NCBI GenBank assembly: GCA_040878325.1
Contig: JBBDMM010000001.1
Location: 124,001 to 177,700 of the forward strand
Reading direction: 5' to 3'
DNA length: 53,700 nt
Source of the DNA: Acidimicrobiia bacterium
Lineage (GTDB): Bacteria; Actinomycetota; Acidimicrobiia; Spongiisociales; UBA11373
Shown here: positions 49,831-53,700 of the stretch, one piece after another
Layout: each line of letters begins with the position of its first letter
How positions within the stretch are numbered: position 1 is the stretch's first letter
The notes under the pieces: generated by a model
What the model saw: only the letters and a program-made list of their open reading frames with translations
Database searches by the model: none
Told to the model about the DNA's origin: nothing
Translations under genes and position numbers: made by a program

Positions 49831-50562
49831 ATGCGGGAAATCCTGGCCGACCTCGTCGCCGAGCAACAGGGCCTCGATCAGTCGCTGCAACGCGCTCCAG
49901 ATCGAGACTGGAAGAAGCGCGTCGAGGGGAACACAGTCCAAGAGGCGATCGCCATCCTCGCGTGGGAGGAACAGCACGCCGCCCGCGCCCTCGCCGGGGA
50001 CCGCACGGTGCGCAAGGAACTCGCTTCCTACGACGACCTCGACGCCTTCGTGAAGGCGGGGGCGGCCAAGGCCAAGGGCAAGCGGCCGCAGGAAGTCATC
50101 GAATGGTGGCGGTTCGCCCGGGCCGACGTCGTCGACGCCCTCAGCAGGATGAAGCCCACCGACCGGGTTACCTGGGTCGAGGGCAAGGTGAGTGCGCGGT
50201 CGTTTGCGACGCTGCGACTCGCCGAGACCTGGGCCCGGGGCCTGGCGATCCTCGAGGGCCTCGACAAGGAGATCGTCGATACCCCCCGCTTGCGCCACAT
50301 CGCCTGGCTCGGGTGGGCGACCCTCCCCCATGCCTTCAAGGCTGCCGGCGAGCACTATGAGCCAGTCCGGGTCGAGGTCACCGGCCCGGCGTACGCCCGG
50401 TGGGTGTTCGGACCCGAAGGCGGCGATCAGGTGATTCGGGGCCAGGCGGGCGAATGGTGCCGCCTGGTGGTCGGCCGTCTCGACCCCGCCAAGTCGGAAT
50501 CGCTCGCCGCGACCGGTGAGGTGGCCGAGATGGCGCTCGAGGTGGCCGGCATCTTCGTATGA
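49831..50562 (+). CDS. DinB/MDMPI-family protein (maleylpyruvate isomerase-like N-terminal domain)
   Basis: ILADL.AEQ..LD, SARSFATLRLAETWA.G, RLRHIAWLG, W.FGP. Confidence 0.75.
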   Translation: MREILADLVAEQQGLDQSLQRAPDRDWKKRVEGNTVQEAIAILAWEEQHAARALAGDRTVRKELASYDDLDAFVKAGAAKAKGKRPQEVIEWWRFARADVVDALSRMKPTDRVTWVEGKVSARSFATLRLAETWARGLAILEGLDKEIVDTPRLRHIAWLGWATLPHAFKAAGEHYEPVRVEVTGPAYARWVFGPEGGDQVIRGQAGEWCRLVVGRLDPAKSESLAATGEVAEMALEVAGIFV

Positions 50563-51344
50563 GGGCGCCTTCGCTCGGGCACTGGCGGCTCATCGGCATG
50601 GTGCACGTCGGCCCGCTGCCCGGAGCGCCCCGCTTCGACGGCGATCTCGACTCGACGCTCGCCGGTGCACTGCTCGACGCCCGCCGCCTCGCCGACGCCG
50701 GATTCGACGCTCTGATGATGGAGAACTTCGGCGATGCCCCCTTCTTCGCCGACGATGTGCCCAAGGTCACGGTGGCCGCAATGACGCGGGTAGCCACCGC
50801 GATCCGCGAGGCGGTGGACCTGCCCCTCGGGATCAACGTGTTGCGAAACGACGCCCTCGCCGCAGTCGCCGTCGCGGCGGCGTCCGGAGCGTCGTTCATC
50901 AGAGTGAACGTCCTTGCCGGCACGATGAGCACCGACCAGGGGCCCATCACCGGGCGCCCCGCCGAAGTGGCCCGGCTGCGAGCAGCAGTCCATCCGACCC
51001 TTCAGGTGCTCGCCGACGTGTTCGTGAAACATGCGGTCCCCCCGCCCGGCCTCACCCTGGCCCAGGCCGCCCGCGACCTGTGGGAGCGGGGCGGTGCCGA
51101 CGGGATCGTGGCCAGCGGCAGCGGAACCGGCCATCCGGTCGACTTCGACCGGCTGCACGAGATCCGCAAGGTGGTTCCTGATGCACCGTTGTTCGTCGGA
51201 TCGGGAGTCGACGCCGCCACGGTCGGAGAACTCCTGGAGGTCTGCTCGGGCGTCATCGTCGGCACATCGGTCAAGGAAGCCGGCCTGAGCACTGCCCCGG
51301 TCGATCCGGAGCGCGCGGCGGCACTGGTGAAGGCGGCGGGATGA
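50559..51344 (+). CDS. BtpA/SgcQ family TIM-barrel protein
   Basis: IGMVHVGPLPGAP, ENFGDAPF, GINVLRND, ADVFVKH, SGSGTG, VGSGV. Confidence 0.92.
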   Translation: MRAPSLGHWRLIGMVHVGPLPGAPRFDGDLDSTLAGALLDARRLADAGFDALMMENFGDAPFFADDVPKVTVAAMTRVATAIREAVDLPLGINVLRNDALAAVAVAAASGASFIRVNVLAGTMSTDQGPITGRPAEVARLRAAVHPTLQVLADVFVKHAVPPPGLTLAQAARDLWERGGADGIVASGSGTGHPVDFDRLHEIRKVVPDAPLFVGSGVDAATVGELLEVCSGVIVGTSVKEAGLSTAPVDPERAAALVKAAG

Positions 51345-51781
51345 AGGCTCATCGCCGCTTCGAGTCGGGCACCACCCATCTCTTCAGGCTCGAGGCAGGC
51401 GACGACATCGTTCACGAGATCACCCGATTCGTGACCGAGCACGGGATCTCGGTGGCGTGGATCAGCTACCTGGGGGCGGTGCGCAAGGCGTCGCTGCGCT
51501 ACTACGACCAGAACCGCCTCGAATACCAGGACTTCACCATCGACCATCATCTCGAGGTCCTGTCGGGGGTCGGGAACGTCTCGCTTCTCGACGGCAAGCC
51601 CTTCGTTCACACCCACGCGGTCTTCTCGGACGAGGACGGCAAGGCATTCGGCGGCCACCTCAACACCGGCTGCGAGGTCTGGTCGCTCGAGGTGCGGGTG
51701 GAGGAACTCATCGGTGACCCCCCGATGCGCCAATTCGACGAGACCACCGGTCTCGGCCTCTGGCGCCACGACGAGGCCTGA
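51341..51781 (+). CDS. PPC/DUF296 domain protein
   Basis: FRL..GDD, LGAV, GNVS, HTH metal motif, GGHL. Confidence 0.9.
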   Translation: MKAHRRFESGTTHLFRLEAGDDIVHEITRFVTEHGISVAWISYLGAVRKASLRYYDQNRLEYQDFTIDHHLEVLSGVGNVSLLDGKPFVHTHAVFSDEDGKAFGGHLNTGCEVWSLEVRVEELIGDPPMRQFDETTGLGLWRHDEA

Positions 51782-51787
51782 GCCGGC

Positions 51788-52429
51788 CTAGGCCTCGGGC
51801 GGGGCGTCGAGACCCCGCGGTGTGACCTCGAAGCCGCTCTTCAACAGCAGGCTGAGCATCGCCGGCGCCGGGTCGCGGAATTGCACCGGGCGGAACGCCA
51901 GGTCGGTACCCGAGAAGAACCGCATCAGCGTCTGCACCATGTGAGCGTGGGTCATCGTATGAAGGTCACAGTGCGGCGCCCGTCCGAACGCCACCAGCCG
52001 CACCCTGACCTCGCCGCCACCCCGAGCGGGCGCCACGCACAGCTTCGCGGACGACAGGTCGTCGACGATCGACGTCAGTTCGACGGTGAACAACCACTCG
52101 ATGCGGCGCAGCATCTGGTGTAGCACCTTGTGGTCGCGGATCCCCGGGTTGAACTCGGCTTCACTCTGCTTCACCTCGCCGATCACCACATCGATCTGGC
52201 CCGGCTCGAGCCGCAGTTCGGGATCATCGAGGAGAAGCAGCCGGGTGTCGGGCTCGTCGTGCGGATCGCCCGCGTAGATCTTTCCGGGGAAGCGCAACGC
52301 CATGATGTCGATGTCGGTGATCGACTCGAATTCCCCATCAACCCGACGCGCCTGCACCTCGAACTCACTGAGCGTCAGATACCCATTGAGCCGCAAATAG
52401 GTCTCGACCAGATTGACCGCGATGTCCAT
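51788..52429 (-). CDS. Hypothetical protein with PD-(D/E)xK nuclease-like motifs
   Basis: LVETYLRLNGY...E, TDIDIMA, VVIGEVK; start set at ATG 52429 (the extension is repeat-derived). Confidence 0.65.
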   Translation of the reverse strand: MDIAVNLVETYLRLNGYLTLSEFEVQARRVDGEFESITDIDIMALRFPGKIYAGDPHDEPDTRLLLLDDPELRLEPGQIDVVIGEVKQSEAEFNPGIRDHKVLHQMLRRIEWLFTVELTSIVDDLSSAKLCVAPARGGGEVRVRLVAFGRAPHCDLHTMTHAHMVQTLMRFFSGTDLAFRPVQFRDPAPAMLSLLLKSGFEVTPRGLDAPPEA

Positions 52430-52457
52430 GGAGCGATTGTCGGCCGCCAAGGGCAGC

Positions 52458-52583
52458 ATTCGCAATTCGCAATTCGCAATTCGCAATTCGCAATTCGCAA
52501 TTCGCCGGAAGGTCGCGTCCGCTCTTGCTGAAGGCGGAAGGCGGAAGGCGGAAGGCCAGTCTGGAGACTGGAGACTGGAGACT
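52458..52583. repeat. Three stacked heptamer arrays
   Basis: (ATTCGCA)x6.9; TCTTGCTGAAG(GCGGAAG)x3GCC; (CTGGAGA)x3CT. Confidence 0.95.
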
Positions 52584-52644
52584 CCCCTAGCCTCTCCTCA
52601 AGGTCGGCTTCGATTACACCTCTTTCTCTGCGCGGTCTTCGTTC

Positions 52645-53574
52645 GTGGGGGTGCCTCGGCGGGAGATTGGGGAGATCGGCGATGCCGCGGTGGTGATCCT
52701 CGGCGCTCCGCTCGACTGGGGGACCACCAACCGGCCCGGCGCCCGCTTCGGACCGAAGGCGATTCGTGAGGCCGATTACCTCGACCCCGATGGGAAGCGG
52801 CCTCACCTCGACACCGGGATCGATCCGCTCGAAGTGCTCGGCGTGGTCGACATCGGGGATGTGCACGTGCTTACCGGATACATGGAAGAGAGCATCGATC
52901 GGATCCGCGCTGTCGTGTCGACCGTCGCTGGGGCGGGGGCGGTTCCCGTCGTGCTGGGCGGCGATCACACCATCACTTTCCCCGACGCCGGTGGGGTGGC
53001 CGACGTCCACGGCCACGGCGAGATCGCCCTCATCCATTTCGACGCCCACGCCGACACCGGCGAGAGCCACTACGGAAAGCTTCTGGGACACGGAACGCCG
53101 ATGCGTCGGCTGATCGAATCGGGTGCCGTGCCCGGTCACCGCTTCGTCCAGATCGGGCTGCGGGGGTACTGGCCCGATCCGCCGGTGGTCGAGTGGATGC
53201 GGGGCGAGGGGATGCGATCCTTCTTCATGGGCGAGATCGTCGAACGGGGCCTCGGGCCGGTGGTCGACGACGCGGTTGCTCACGCCGCCGACGGCGCCAA
53301 AGGTGTATTCATTTCGGTGGACATCGACGTGGTCGACCCGGGAGCAGCACCCGGCACCGGCACCCCCGAACCAGGAGGGCTCACCGCCCGCGAGTTGCTC
53401 GACACGGTCCGCCGCCTCGGCCGCGACCTCAACGTCCTCGGCGCCGACGTCGTCGAAGTCGCCCCCGCCTACGACACCTCCGACATCACGGCCCTGTTAG
53501 CAAACCGGGTTGTGCTCGAGCTGCTCAACGGGATGGCGCAGCGGGTTTTGGGCCGAGGTGACGCGAGCAGCTAG
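52645..53574 (+). CDS. speB: Agmatinase / ureohydrolase family protein
   Basis: RPGARFGP, GGDH, HFDAHAD, SVDIDVVDP, PGTGTPEPGG, VVEVAP; exact substrate and start uncertain. Confidence 0.88.
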   Translation: MGVPRREIGEIGDAAVVILGAPLDWGTTNRPGARFGPKAIREADYLDPDGKRPHLDTGIDPLEVLGVVDIGDVHVLTGYMEESIDRIRAVVSTVAGAGAVPVVLGGDHTITFPDAGGVADVHGHGEIALIHFDAHADTGESHYGKLLGHGTPMRRLIESGAVPGHRFVQIGLRGYWPDPPVVEWMRGEGMRSFFMGEIVERGLGPVVDDAVAHAADGAKGVFISVDIDVVDPGAAPGTGTPEPGGLTARELLDTVRRLGRDLNVLGADVVEVAPAYDTSDITALLANRVVLELLNGMAQRVLGRGDASS

Positions 53575-53586
53575 CCAAGTTGAGGT

Positions 53587-53621
53587 GGCCTTCCGCCTTC
53601 CGCCTTCCGCCCTCGGCAAGA
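53587..53621. repeat. Heptamer arm inverted relative to 52523-52557
   Basis: GGC(CTTCCGC)x3CCTCGGCAAGA. Confidence 0.9.
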
Positions 53622-53700
53622 CGAGGCTCTCTTCACCGCCTGTCCACTATCTCGGTGGGCTGGCACGTCCGGGGGGGGGGGGGGGGGGGGGGGCGGGGGG

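Noticed and set aside
53671..53700. Terminal poly-G tract as a G-quadruplex or phase-variation site
   Set aside because: It lies at the sequence end and most likely reflects a two-colour sequencing or assembly artefact.

Overview
High-GC actinobacterial chromosome segment; gene content, Thr-rich lipoprotein linkers and leaderless genes suggest Acidimicrobiia (inference). It is mostly core genes: a pyrimidine operon (pyrC-pyrB-pyrF/pyrE fusion-pyrD), a Gly-Cys-Val tRNA cluster, dut, nrdR, LysM/lexA, dapF-miaA-miaB-rny-recA-thpR-cinA-rimO, hisN, a 2-oxoacid dehydrogenase cluster, ftsK-rnj-dapA, dapB, an M16 peptidase, a branched-chain amino acid ABC transporter, a vWA/MoxR-type AAA pair, a LOG-family operon and an agmatinase-family gene. 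The strongest unexplained signal is a set of period-7 tandem arrays in about 14 intergenic spacers and none inside confident genes. They fall into several sequence families, often form inverted pairs, sometimes end in TCTTGC, and bracket single genes that interrupt conserved gene order, including a four-helix-bundle (23S-IVP/Avd-fold) gene lying between two arms. Other notable items: eukaryotic CAD-like dihydroorotase and ATCase with an attenuator-like leader, dual LexA and PafBC-type promoters, a probable CTG start for miaA, a 73-bp hairpin repeat and an ORF inside the tRNA cluster, and an AAA ATPase with swapped Walker A/B residues. No database searches were run; family calls rest on motif recognition and remembered sequences.
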